Part shown: positions 31,468 to 41,302 of the stretch, one piece after another
How positions within the stretch are numbered: position 1 is the stretch's first letter
Layout: the number at the start of each line of letters is the position of its first letter
DNA from: Candidatus Dormiibacterota bacterium
Lineage (GTDB): Bacteria; Chloroflexota; Dormibacteria; Aeolococcales; Aeolococcaceae
Length of the DNA: 64,000 bases
Assembly (NCBI GenBank): GCA_963757475.1
Contig: CAVWRW010000008.1
Coordinates: forward strand, 65,529-129,528
Reading direction: 5' to 3'
Notes under the pieces: model-generated
Database searches by the model: none
The model's input: the letters and a program-made list of their open reading frames with translations, nothing else
What the model was told of the DNA's origin: nothing
Translations under genes and position numbers: made by a program

Positions 31468-32124
31468 ATGACCCTCTCAATCGGCAGCACCGCGCCTGAC
31501 TTCGAGGCAGAGACCACCCAGGGGCCGATCAACTTCCACGACTGGATCGGCGATTCATGGGCCGTCCTCTTCTCGCATCCCAAGGACTTCACGCCCGTCT
31601 GCACCACCGAGCTCGGCGCCATGGCGAACATCCAGCCGGAGTTCGATCGCCGCGGCGTCAAGGTCATCGGCCTCTCGGTCGACCCGCTCGACCGGCACGA
31701 GAAGTGGGCGGACGACATCGAGGAGACGCAGGGCGCTCGCCCGACCTATCCGATCATCGCCGACCGCGATTTCAATGTGGCGAAGCTCTACGAGATGCTG
31801 CCCGCCAGCGTGTCGGGCGATCCGACGCAGCGCACCCCGGCCGACAACCAGACCGTGCGCAACGTGTTCGTGATCGGGCCGGACAAGAAGATCAAGCTGA
31901 TCCTTGTCTACCCGATGACCACCGGACGCAACTTCGACGAGGTCCTGCGCGTGATCGATTCACTGCAGCTCACTGCGAAGCACCGCGTTGCCACTCCCGC
32001 GAACTGGAAGCAGGGCGACGACGTCATCATCGCCGGCTCAGTGTCCGACGAGGAGGCCAAGGAGCTCTTCCCCGGGTACAACGCGCCGAAGCCGTACCTG
32101 CGGATCACCCCGCAACCGAAATAA
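31468..32124 (+). CDS. 1-Cys peroxiredoxin (Prx6)
   Basis: FSHPKDFTPVCTTELG, YPMTTGRNFDE, ATPANW. Confidence 0.95.
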   Translation: MTLSIGSTAPDFEAETTQGPINFHDWIGDSWAVLFSHPKDFTPVCTTELGAMANIQPEFDRRGVKVIGLSVDPLDRHEKWADDIEETQGARPTYPIIADRDFNVAKLYEMLPASVSGDPTQRTPADNQTVRNVFVIGPDKKIKLILVYPMTTGRNFDEVLRVIDSLQLTAKHRVATPANWKQGDDVIIAGSVSDEEAKELFPGYNAPKPYLRITPQPK

Positions 32125-32135
32125 GGGGCGACGCG

Positions 32136-32537
32136 ACGAGCGAAATTCCGGAGGATCCGGGCGTCGAGCCGCTCCTGAAACGGCCCGGCGGGATCTCGTA
32201 CCTGCACATCCCCGCGATCGATGTGCACGAGGCGGCTCGCTTCTATGAGGCCGTCTTCGGGTGGGCCGTTCGCGACCACGACAGCGACCGGCCCACCTTC
32301 GACGACGCCAGCGGCTACGTCAGTGGCGCGTGGATGAGCGACCAGGCCGTTGCGCGTGAGCCCGGTCTGCTCCTCTTCATCTATGTCGACGGTATCGACG
32401 AGGTCGTCGGGCGCATCGTTGACCATGGCGGGGAGGTCGTTCGCGCGCCGTACGGGGAGGGGACCTGCATGGTCGCGACGTTCCGAGATCCGGCGGGAAA
32501 CATTCTCGGCCTCTGGGAGGACGCGGCGGTCCGATAG
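32136..32537 (+). CDS. VOC/glyoxalase family protein
   Basis: ISYLHIPAIDV...FYEAVFGW...IYVDGID...FRDPAGNILGLWE; the start codon is unclear (in-frame ACG at 32136). Confidence 0.85.
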   Translation, partial: TSEIPEDPGVEPLLKRPGGISYLHIPAIDVHEAARFYEAVFGWAVRDHDSDRPTFDDASGYVSGAWMSDQAVAREPGLLLFIYVDGIDEVVGRIVDHGGEVVRAPYGEGTCMVATFRDPAGNILGLWEDAAVR

Positions 32538-32660
32538 AATCAGCCAGGCGCACCTGCGGCCGACACGTCCAGCGAGGCTCCCCGAGGCTGCGGCAGCGCC
32601 ACCGATGCCTTGGTGCCGACCGAGCAGGCACACCGCCATCCCATCGACTGAGGCAGATCC

Positions 32661-34765
32661 ATGACGAACGTCATCGATCAGGAAGGCGCTCGCCCACCGG
32701 TCCCCGCCCGGCATCCCGTCGTGCGCTCGGCGCACGGCGACGACCGCATCGACGACTACGCGTGGCTGCGCAACCGGGACGATCCCGCGGTCATCGCCCA
32801 CCTCGAGGCGGAGAACGCATGGACGGAGACGGCGCTTGCGCACATCGGCTCCCTCCGCGAGCGTCTCTACGCGGAGATGGTGGGCCGCGTCCAGGAGACG
32901 GACATCGGCGCACCGGTCCCGCATGGTCCGTACGTCGTACTACACGCGAACCTCGAAGGCAGTCAGTACGCGGTGCACTGCCGGCGCTCGAACGATGGTG
33001 GCGACGAGCAGATCCTCCTCGACGAGAATGCGGTGGCCGGCGAGCGCGGATATTTCCACCTCGGCGACGCGGAGGTGAGCCCGGACCACGCGACTCTCGC
33101 GTACACGCGTCGACTTCACCGGGGCCGAGCGCTACACGCTGCACCTGCGCAGCCTCGATACAGGAGTCGACCTTCCCGACGTGCTCGAGGATGTCTCGTA
33201 CTCGCTTGCATGGTCGAGCGAACTCGGCATACGTGTTCTACACGCGGCCCGACGCCGCGATGCGTCCGTGGCAGATATGGCGGCACCAGGTAGGCGCGGC
33301 GAACGACACGGACGTGCTCGTCCTGCAGGAGGACGACGAGCGCTACTTCGCATCGGTCGCGCGCACGCGGAGCGGTGCATTCATCCTCATCTCGCTGAAC
33401 AGCCAGATGACCAGCGAGGTGCACCTGCTCCGCTCGGATGAGCCCACTGCGGCGCCGTCAGTGATCGAACCGCGCCGGCAGGGGATCGAGTATGCGGTCG
33501 ATCACCACACCGACCGATTGTTCATCGTCACCAACGACGAAGCGCTCAACTTCCGGCTCGTCACGGTACCGGTTGCCACGCCCGCTCGCGAGCACTGGGT
33601 CGAACTCATCCCGCATCGGGACGACGTCAAGCTCGAGGGCGTCGACCTCTTCGCTCGCCATGCCGTGCTGTTCGAGCGCATCGACGGCTTGCGGCGGATC
33701 ACCATCATGCGGCTGAGCGACTGCGAATCCCATGTCATCGATCAGCCCGAGCCGGTCTACGCAGCCTCGCCGGGATCCAATCCAGAGTGGGATACGGACA
33801 CGCTTCGCTTCGAGTACACGTCACTCGTCACGCCGCGATCCGATGTGGATTACGGCATGGAGTCGCACGAGCGGACGACCGTCAAACAGGAGCCGGTCCT
33901 CGGCGGATACGACGCTGCCGAGTATGTGACCGGCCGGTTGTGGGCTGTTGCCGGCGACGGAGTACGCGTGCCGATCTCGTACGTCCACCGTCGCGACGTC
34001 GCGCTCGACGGAACGGCGCCGGCGTTGCTATATGGGTACGGTTCCTACGAGATCTGCACCGATCCGCGGTTCAGCTCGACGCGTCTCAGTCTGCTCGACC
34101 GGGGTTTCGTCTACGCCATCGCGCACATTCGCGGGGGTGGCGAAATGGGGCGGCGATGGTACGAGGACGGCAAGCTCCTCCATAAACGCAACACGTTCAC
34201 CGACTTCATCGCGTGTGCCGATTACCTCGTCGGGCAACGGTTCACGAGCCATGCGCGCCTGGCGATCCGGGGCGGGAGCGCAGGCGGATTGCTGATGGGT
34301 GCCGTCGTCAACCTGCGGTCCGATGTCGCCGCGGCGGTGGTCGCCGAGGTGCCGTTCGTCGATTGTCTGACGACGATGTTCGATCCGGACCTGCCGCTGA
34401 CTGTCGGTGAGTACGAGGAATGGGGCAATCCCGAGGACGCTGCGACGTACGCCTACATGCGCTCCTATTCCCCATACGACAACGTCGTGCCCGGCAGACA
34501 CCCTGCGTTGCTGGCGACCGCGGGACTCAACGATCCGCGCGTCGGATACTGGGAACCGGCGAAATGGGTTGCCCGACTTCGTGACGTATCCGACGGGGCA
34601 GCACCGATCCTGCTGAAGACCGAATTGGGGGCCGGTCACGGCGGCGCCTCGGGACGCTACAACTCCTGGCGTGACGAGGCGCTCGTGCTGGCCTTCGTCA
34701 TCGATACCGTTGCTCCGAAGGGCGAAGCAGCCGCAACAGCAACCAACAGCGAGGTCGCGTCATGA
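32661..34765 (+). CDS. ptrB: Oligopeptidase B, S9A (frameshifts at about 32940-33240)
   Basis: DDYAWLR, HLEAEN, YGYGSY, HIRGGGEMGRRWY, nucleophile GGSAGG, DPRVGYWEPAKW, GHGG. Confidence 0.93.
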
Positions 34766-35137
34766 ATCCCGAGGATCAGTTCGACACCCATCTCGACATC
34801 CGCTTTGCGCCACTCGAGTTGATCGACGTCCAGGCGATCGTCGATGCGACGACGCACCCCTGGTACAACCAGACGCTGTGTCGGGTCAACGACTGTGTCA
34901 TGCGCCTCGGTGTCGTCAAGGGTGAGTACATCTGGCACAAGCACGACGACGAGGACGAGTTCTTCTTCGTCGTCGAAGGCGCGCTCTCCATGGATCTCGA
35001 GGATCGAACGGTCGAGCTCGCGCAGCGCACAGGGGTTCTGCGTGCCGAAAGGCGTGCGGCACCGTCCTCGTGCCGCCGAACGCACGGTGATCCTGATGGT
35101 CGAAGGCGCGGGCATCGTGCCCACCGGCGACGCCTGA
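34762..35137 (+). CDS. Cupin domain protein (frameshift at about 35030)
   Basis: GEYIWHKHDDEDEFFFVVEG / VPKGVRHRP. Confidence 0.85.
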
Positions 35138-35142
35138 ACGAA

Positions 35143-35517
35143 TCAGCTTCCGAGCGAGCTCGCGATGACCTCGCTGATCTCCGCGTCGGAGAGCGCGGCG
35201 GCGTCGGCCGGCGTGAGGCGGATGGTGCCGGTGCTCGTCACCAGTTTCGGATGGTTCGACAAGAACGCCGACGGGCGGTCTTTCATCCAGCCGTAGATCG
35301 ACAGCCCGTGCTTCCAGACGCCGACGTTGAGGCGACGCTTCCCAACCCAGTAGGTCGGCATGGAATACGAAATTCCCACAGTCGCCTCGGGATGGAGCGC
35401 TCGCGTCAGCCGATCGACTCGGTCGAACAGCGGCCGGAACTCCGGCGCGATCCCGTCGACGAATTGTTGGAACGCCTCGGCCGGCACGACATCGTCCTTA
35501 TTGCTGACCATCCTCAT
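35143..35517 (-). CDS. DUF1801 (YdhG-like) domain protein
   Basis: ISYSMPTY...KHGLSIY...TSTGTIRL; ATGA-coupled to the upstream peptidase. Confidence 0.75.
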   Translation of the reverse strand: MRMVSNKDDVVPAEAFQQFVDGIAPEFRPLFDRVDRLTRALHPEATVGISYSMPTYWVGKRRLNVGVWKHGLSIYGWMKDRPSAFLSNHPKLVTSTGTIRLTPADAAALSDAEISEVIASSLGS

Positions 35518-36251
35518 CCTCCCGACAATGGAGTCGGAATCCCGCTGACCGTGTCTCCCGAACGATAGCGAACGCTCGCGTCGGAATCGTGATACACGGT
35601 GATGCCGCCCGGACCCAGGCATCGCCATTCGCCGGCTTCCCAGAGTGCGCATGTCCGCTCGTCGATGCCGATCAGGACCGCCTCGGGGAGGGCCGCACGC
35701 GCCGATGGGAACCAACGTCTTCCGAAGGTGTCGTGATGCGGGAGCACGGCCGCATTCGGGACGACGGCGAGCCCGGCGACGGGTCGCCTGTCTGCGCTTC
35801 CAGGGAAGCGCTGACGAACGAGCACGTGCTCGCAGAGCGCCATGGCACCAGCCGAGGAGCCGGCGAGGACCGCGCCGTTCCGCCACGCCGCGATGAGGCC
35901 GTCGCCGACCGGAGTCTCCCGTAACACCGAGGCCACGAGGCCGGGGTCGCCACCGGTGATGTAGATGAACGCCGCGTGGCTTGCGGCTTCGGCTGTCGTT
36001 TGCGCCTGCGCTTCAGCTCGGGTATATGCGCGAAGTTCCACAACGTCGAGATCGAACTGCCGGAACCAGGCGGTCGCATGTCGCGCCGCCGCCTCTGGAT
36101 GAGATCGTGCCGCCGCGGTTGCAACGACATATGCCGTTCCTCTCCCACGAGCAGCGGCAGCGAGCAACGCATCCTGCGCCTCGTTCCCGGGGTGGAATTC
36201 GTCCCCTCCGACAAGCGCCACCAGGCCAGGCGCAGTCATCGCTTCGGGCAA
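35514..36251 (-). CDS. Peptidase S51 / cyanophycinase-like (class I GATase fold)
   Basis: ALVGGDE, ITGGDP, AGSSAGAM, VLPHHD, IGIDERT. Confidence 0.88.
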   Translation of the reverse strand: MPEAMTAPGLVALVGGDEFHPGNEAQDALLAAAARGRGTAYVVATAAARSHPEAAARHATAWFRQFDLDVVELRAYTRAEAQAQTTAEAASHAAFIYITGGDPGLVASVLRETPVGDGLIAAWRNGAVLAGSSAGAMALCEHVLVRQRFPGSADRRPVAGLAVVPNAAVLPHHDTFGRRWFPSARAALPEAVLIGIDERTCALWEAGEWRCLGPGGITVYHDSDASVRYRSGDTVSGIPTPLSGG

Positions 36252-36269
36252 TGAGGTGACGTCGAAACG

Positions 36270-36422
36270 TCAGTACGCGGGCAGCTCGTCGATATTGAGC
36301 GGCGGGGTCTGTGGATCCTCGTCGTCTTCCTCGGCAGGGGTACCGGCATCGCCTGGATCCGGCTCGTCGTCTTCCAGATCGGGGTCGGTTGTCGCCTCGC
36401 CGGGCGCGTCATCCGAGGTCAT
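36270..36422 (-). CDS. Small acidic 50-aa protein
   Basis: GGAGAG RBS; MTSDDAPGEATTDPDLEDDEPDPGDAGTPAEEDDEDPQTPPLNIDELPAY. Confidence 0.5.
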   Translation of the reverse strand: MTSDDAPGEATTDPDLEDDEPDPGDAGTPAEEDDEDPQTPPLNIDELPAY

Positions 36423-36451
36423 TGCTTCTCCTCCCTAGGGGTGTATTTGCG

Positions 36452-36487
36452 CGTACCGCGCGCTGCCCAATGGCAGCGCGCGGTACG
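36452..36487 (-). terminator. Perfect 16-bp hairpin
   Basis: CGTACCGCGCGCTGCC-CAAT-GGCAGCGCGCGGTACG, 25 nt downstream of the small membrane gene. Confidence 0.6.
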
Positions 36488-36512
36488 ACTTACGACGTTA
36501 CGCGGAGCGGCT

Positions 36513-36670
36513 TCAGTAGTAGTGAGCGCGGCCGCCGACCGCGTGTCCTGCCATGCCGAGCAGGGCGAGGATCAGTCCCACGACGATCAGGATGATGCCG
36601 ATCGTCCATAGAACCGGGATCCCGACGAGGAGCCCGATGATGGCCAGAAAACGACTCCCAGAATGATCAC
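36513..36670 (-). CDS. Small membrane protein, DUF6131-like (frameshift in a T run near 36650)
   Basis: MIILGVV/LAIIGLLVGIPVLWTIGIILIVVGLILALLGMAGHAVGGRAHYY; AAGGAGAG RBS; missed by the ORF track. Confidence 0.65.
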
Positions 36671-36730
36671 GTGTCTCTCCTTATTGGCTAGTTGTCGAAT
36701 CTGTCAGAAGCGTCGTGTAAACCGAAACCG

Positions 36731-36955
36731 TTACAGGCCGCGGTCATCGACGGTTGTCGTCGTCGTGCCACCACGGCGATAGCCTGGTCCGATCCAGGAC
36801 GACCAGAGCACCAACGAAAGCAGAACGCCGAGTGCGCCGACGGCCATCAGGATGATGCCGATCGTGTGCAGGTCGACGCCGGACGCCGAGACGTGGATCG
36901 CGAATGCGAGAACCGCGCCTATGGCGATGAGAACGATCCCGACACCTAGGCCCAT
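36731..36955 (-). CDS. Small membrane protein, DUF6458-like
   Basis: AAGGAGG RBS; MGLGVGIVLIAIGAVLAFA...GVDLHTIGIILM. Confidence 0.75.
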   Translation of the reverse strand: MGLGVGIVLIAIGAVLAFAIHVSASGVDLHTIGIILMAVGALGVLLSLVLWSSWIGPGYRRGGTTTTTVDDRGL

Positions 36956-37194
36956 GACTGTTGACCTCCTTGAGCGTGCGATTTGATTGCCTGGTGACAC
37001 CATAGCAGCTGTAGCATAGGATTACAACCCCGGTATAACCTTCGAGCCGCCTGAAGGCGGTCCTGCGAATTGGTACGCCTCGACCGATGACCGAATCCCC
37101 GCCTCTCCAGCGCGGCGACCATCGACGCCAACTCGGGTGCGTTGATGACGCCACTTTGTGGCGACCCGAGCCAGCGCAACGCCCCGCCGGGCAG

Positions 37195-37214
37195 TACTAT
37201 CGAACGCATGTTCG
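37195..37214 (+). promoter_or_regulatory. -10 element and Gram-positive-type LexA (SOS) box overlapping the start codon
   Basis: TACTAT followed by CGAAC-GCAT-GTTCG, a perfect CGAAC-N4-GTTCG. Confidence 0.8.
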
Positions 37215-39280
37215 CGTGGCTCGATGATCTGACGGACGCCCAGCGGGAGGTCGTCACCCATGACGGCGGTGCGCTGCGGGTCCTCGCCGGCGCCGGGACT
37301 GGCAAGACGACGACCCTCTCCGCCCGCGTCGCATGGCTGCTGGCGACCGGGACGCCACCCGAGCGGATCCTCCTGCTCACCTTCACGCGCCGCGCCGCAC
37401 GCCAGATGGCTGCCCGCACCTCCGCGCTCCTGACGGCGATCGGCATGGACGGATCAGCTGGGCATCCCGCGGGCCGAGTGGTCGGCGGGACGTTTCATGC
37501 CATCGCGCATCGGACGCTGCGACGGTTCGCGTCGACCCTCGGCATTCCCGATGGCTTCTCGATCCTCGACGCTGCCGACGCCGCCGACGTCATGGATCTC
37601 GTTCGCGACGAGCAGGGCCACGCCGAGGCGACGCGGCGTCGCTTTCCGCGCAAGACGTTGCTGGTCGATCTGTATTCCACAGCCGTGAACACCGGCCGGC
37701 CGCTGTCGTCGGTGGTGCCCGAGATCGCTCCCTGGGCTGACGACTTCATCGAGCCCATCGCCGAGATCTGCCGTGGCTACGTCGCGTCGCAAGCGCCAGG
37801 CCGGCCTCGTCGACCTCGATGACCTGCTCCTGCTCTGGCGCGCCGCGGTGCAGGACGAACGTCTCGGCCCCCGTCTGGCGAAGGCGTTCGATCACATCCT
37901 CGTCGACGAGTACCAGGACGTCAACGAGTTGCAGGTTGATGTGCTGCGCGGGCTGCGCAGCGGCGATCCACGCATCGCGGTGGTCGGCGACGACGCGCAG
38001 GCGCTGTACTCGTTTCGCGCTGCCGAACCGCGCCACATCCTGGAGTTCGACAAGGTCTTTCCTGGCGCGAGAACCATCGTGCTCGAGACGAACTATCGGT
38101 CGAGTCAGCAGATTCTCGACGTGGCCAATGCGGTTGGGGCTGAGGCGAGCGTCGGCTTCTCGGCCGTGCTGCAGGCGGCGCGCCGCGCTCGCGGAGCGTC
38201 ACCGCAGGTCGTGCGCTGCGCCGACGAGGACGCGCAGACGGACGCGATCTGTGAGCGCATCCTTGCGCATCGTGAGGCGGGGATTGCGTTGCGCGAACAG
38301 GCTGTGCTCGTTCGTGCGGCACACCACTCCGCGTTGCTCGAGCTCGAGCTCGGCGCGCGACGCATCCCGTATGTCAAGTACGGTGGACTTCGTTTCATCG
38401 AAGCCGCACACGTCAAGGATCTCCTCGCCGCGTTCCGGCTCGCCGACAATCCCAACGACGTCGTCGCCTGGTTTCGCCTCCTGCAGTTGCTGCCCGGTGT
38501 CGGACCGGCGACCGCGCGGCGCGTGGCAACCACGCTCGGCTTGATCGGTCCGGATCGCGATCAGATCACGACCGACGGCGATGTCATGCGCCGCTGGCCC
38601 CTCGCGGCGCTCGAGCTGCCGGTCGTTGCGCAACCTGCGGCGACGCTGCTCGTGAGTGCGCTCGGTGCACGTGGGGAGGAATCCATCGCGACGCATGCGG
38701 AACGGCTGCGTGTTGCCGTCGCACCACTGGTCGAAGCTGCCTATCCGGAACCGGGCGCGCGGCTCGCCGACCTGGAGACGCTCGTGGCGGCGGGGGCGAA
38801 GGCGGCGAGGCTGTCCGACGTTGCTGCCGACCACGTTCTCGAGCCGCCGCGCTCGACGTCGGCGTTCGCGGGGCCACCGAGCGTCGATGAGGACTGGCTC
38901 GTCGTGTCCACCGTCCATTCTGCGAAAGGGCCTCGAGTGGGACGTTGTCCACGTCCTGCACGTGACCGACGGCAATATCCCCTCGGACATGGCCCTTGGG
39001 TCGGATGCCGGTCTGGAAGAGGAGCGGCGCGTCTTCTACGTCGCGCTCACCCGCGCTCGCACATCCCTCCATCTCTACGTCCCGGAGCGGTACCACCATC
39101 ATCCCCGTGGTCACGATGATCGCCACGGGTGGGCGCAGCCGTCGCGCTTCCTCACCGACAGCGTGCGCAGCCACTGCGAGGACGTGATCGAGACGCGCCC
39201 ATCGGTCCGATCTCGCCGGCAACGACGCCGGGGAGGCGATGGAGCGGGTCGGTGTCGTCCTCGACGCGCTGTGGTCGTAG
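37208..39280 (+). CDS. UvrD/REP/PcrA-family ATP-dependent DNA helicase (frameshifts at about 37790, 38930 and possibly 39200)
   Basis: LAGAGTGKT, LLLTFTRRAA, GTFH, VDEYQD, VGDDAQALYSFR, LETNYRS, STVHSAKG/LEW, EERRVFYVALTRA. Confidence 0.92.
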
Positions 39281-39305
39281 GCGCCCAGAGAACCGAGTAC
39301 GAAAG

Positions 39306-39335
39306 TTGACTTGCAAAGTAGGGATTCGGTAGGAT
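39306..39335 (+). promoter_or_regulatory. Sigma70-type promoter of the cys operon leader
   Basis: TTGACT-N18-TAGGAT. Confidence 0.55.
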
Positions 39336-39345
39336 CCCGCACCAC

Positions 39346-39447
39346 ATGAACTGCGCGGCCGTCCACATGCTGACCCGGCGCTTCTGGCTGGATTGGGGAC
39401 GTATCCGCGCGGGCGTCCCGAACTGTAGGGCTAATCCTCTGCGCTGA
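39346..39447 (+). CDS. Candidate Cys-containing leader peptide
   Basis: MNCAAVHMLTRRFWLDWGRIRAGVPNCRANPLR starts 10 nt after the -10; its stop overlaps an 8-bp hairpin; it lies upstream of sulfite reductase. Confidence 0.5.
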   Translation: MNCAAVHMLTRRFWLDWGRIRAGVPNCRANPLR

Positions 39448-39581
39448 GGCACCGATGGTGCCTCGCCGATAGTGCCGCAACGCGTCGCGGTACCGAGCAG
39501 GAACAAGTCGGCTCACGCACTCGCGCGCGGGTCATCAACAAAGTCGAGAACAACATTCATGGCATCATCCGAGGTCTGACC

Positions 39582-41298
39582 GTGTGTGATTCGTGCGGCT
39601 GCAACGGCGACATCGAGCAGATGTCGGCGGCCGAGCGCGCGAAGGCGCATGGCGACGGTCTTCGCGGCACGATCGGTGCGGAGTTGCTCGAGGACACGCC
39701 GATCTTCAGCGACGATGCCGGCGTGCTCCTGAAGTTCCATGGCGTGTACCAGCAGGACGATCGTGATCGGCGCAAGGAGGCCCGCCGTCTCGGGCTCGAC
39801 AAGCACCACATGATGATGATCCGCACCCGCATTCCCGGCGGCATCGTCAGCCCCGACGCGTACCTCGCGCACGATCGATCGCGGAGGAGTGGGGCAACGG
39901 GACGCTTGCGTGTCACCACTCGCCAGGACTTCCAGCTCCACGGAGTACTCAAGGGCGACCTGAAAGCCGCGATCCGCGCGATCAACGACGCGTTGCTCAC
40001 GACGCTCGGGGGATGCGGCGACGTCGAGCGCAACATCATGTGCTGCCCGGCGCCGTGGCACGATCGGTTGCATCGCGAGATCCACGCACGCCTGGCGGGC
40101 CTCGTCGACGGACTGGCGCCGGTGACACGCGCCTACAGCGAGATCTGGCTCGACGGCGAGCTCGCCACGTCAACAGAGCCGGCGCCCGATCCGCTCTACG
40201 GCGAGCGCTATCTGCCTCGGAAGTTCAAGACGGCACTCGCGATCGAGGGCGACAACTGCGTCGACATCTACGCCAACGACCTCGGCCTCGTCGCGCATCC
40301 CGCGGCTGACGGGACGCTCGACGGCTTCGATGTCCTCGTCGGCGGCGGCCTCGGCCGGACCGCAAACAAGCCGAACACATGGCCTGCGGTGGCGCAACCG
40401 CTCGGCTACATCGCGGCGCACCACGCCGTCGAGGTGGCGCGCGCCGTGGTGAGCGTCCAGCGTGACTATGGCAACCGCGCGGACCGGCGTCACGCGAGGC
40501 TCAAGTACCTGCTCGCCGACCGCGGCATCGCGTGGTTTCGCACCGAGGTCGGTGCGCGTACTCTCCTTCGCGATGGCGCCGCCGCGGCAGCTGCGCTGGG
40601 ATCTGTCGAGGACCATCTCGGCTGGCACGAGCAGGGCGACGGACGGCATCTGCTACGGCTTGTTCGTCGAGAACGGACGCATCCAGGACACCGAGGATGC
40701 GGCCTTGCGGTCCGCGTTGCGCGAGGTCGTCGAGACACTGCGTCCGCAGATCCGCCTGACGCCGCAGCAGAACGTGCTCATCGCCGACGTGACCGCTGCG
40801 GATCGCGGGGTCGTGACCGGGATCCTCGCTCGGTGGAATGTCACGCCGTCCGAGGTAGTGCCGAACGCGATCCGCGACTCGATGGCGTGCCCGGCCTGGC
40901 CGACATGCGGGCTTGCGGTCGCGGAGTCGGAGCGCGTCATGCCGGCGCTCATCCGCGAGATCACGCGTGCTCCAGCGCGATGCCGGTCTGCGGGACTCGC
41001 GCATCAGCTATCGGATGACCGGCTGCCCCAACGGCTGCGCACGGCCGTACCTCGGCGATGTCGGTTTCGTCGGGACGACGCTCGGCAAGTACGACGTCTT
41101 CCTCGGCGGCGACACCGAGGGCACGCGTCTCAATGCGCTCTACGCGCGCAACGTGAAATTGGAAGAGATCCCCGGCGTGCTGCGCGGCCCGATGCTCGAG
41201 TACGCGCGGACCAAGGACCCGGGCGAAGGGTTTCGGCGACTGGTGCGCGCGTCAGGGAATCACGCATCTTGCTGATCGCCACGCGGCCGAGGAGGTGA
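39582..41298 (+). CDS. sir: Assimilatory sulfite reductase hemoprotein (several frameshifts)
   Basis: LKFHGVYQQDDRD, RVTTRQDFQLHG, GCGDVERN, YLPRKFK, RRHARLKY; siroheme/[4Fe-4S] Cys motifs ACPAWPTCGLA and TGCPNGCARP. Confidence 0.92.
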
Positions 41299-41302
41299 GC
41301 GC

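Noticed and set aside
37208-39280. UvrD helicase as part of an anti-phage system (for example Gabija)
   Set aside because: No adjacent nuclease or ATPase partner; the LexA box points to DNA repair.
39350-39560. Possible SAM, cobalamin or c-di-AMP riboswitch upstream of sir
   Set aside because: Only short fragments resemble the consensus (for example CCCGAACTGTA, GCTAATCC); the core motifs could not be assembled. A leader-peptide model fits better.
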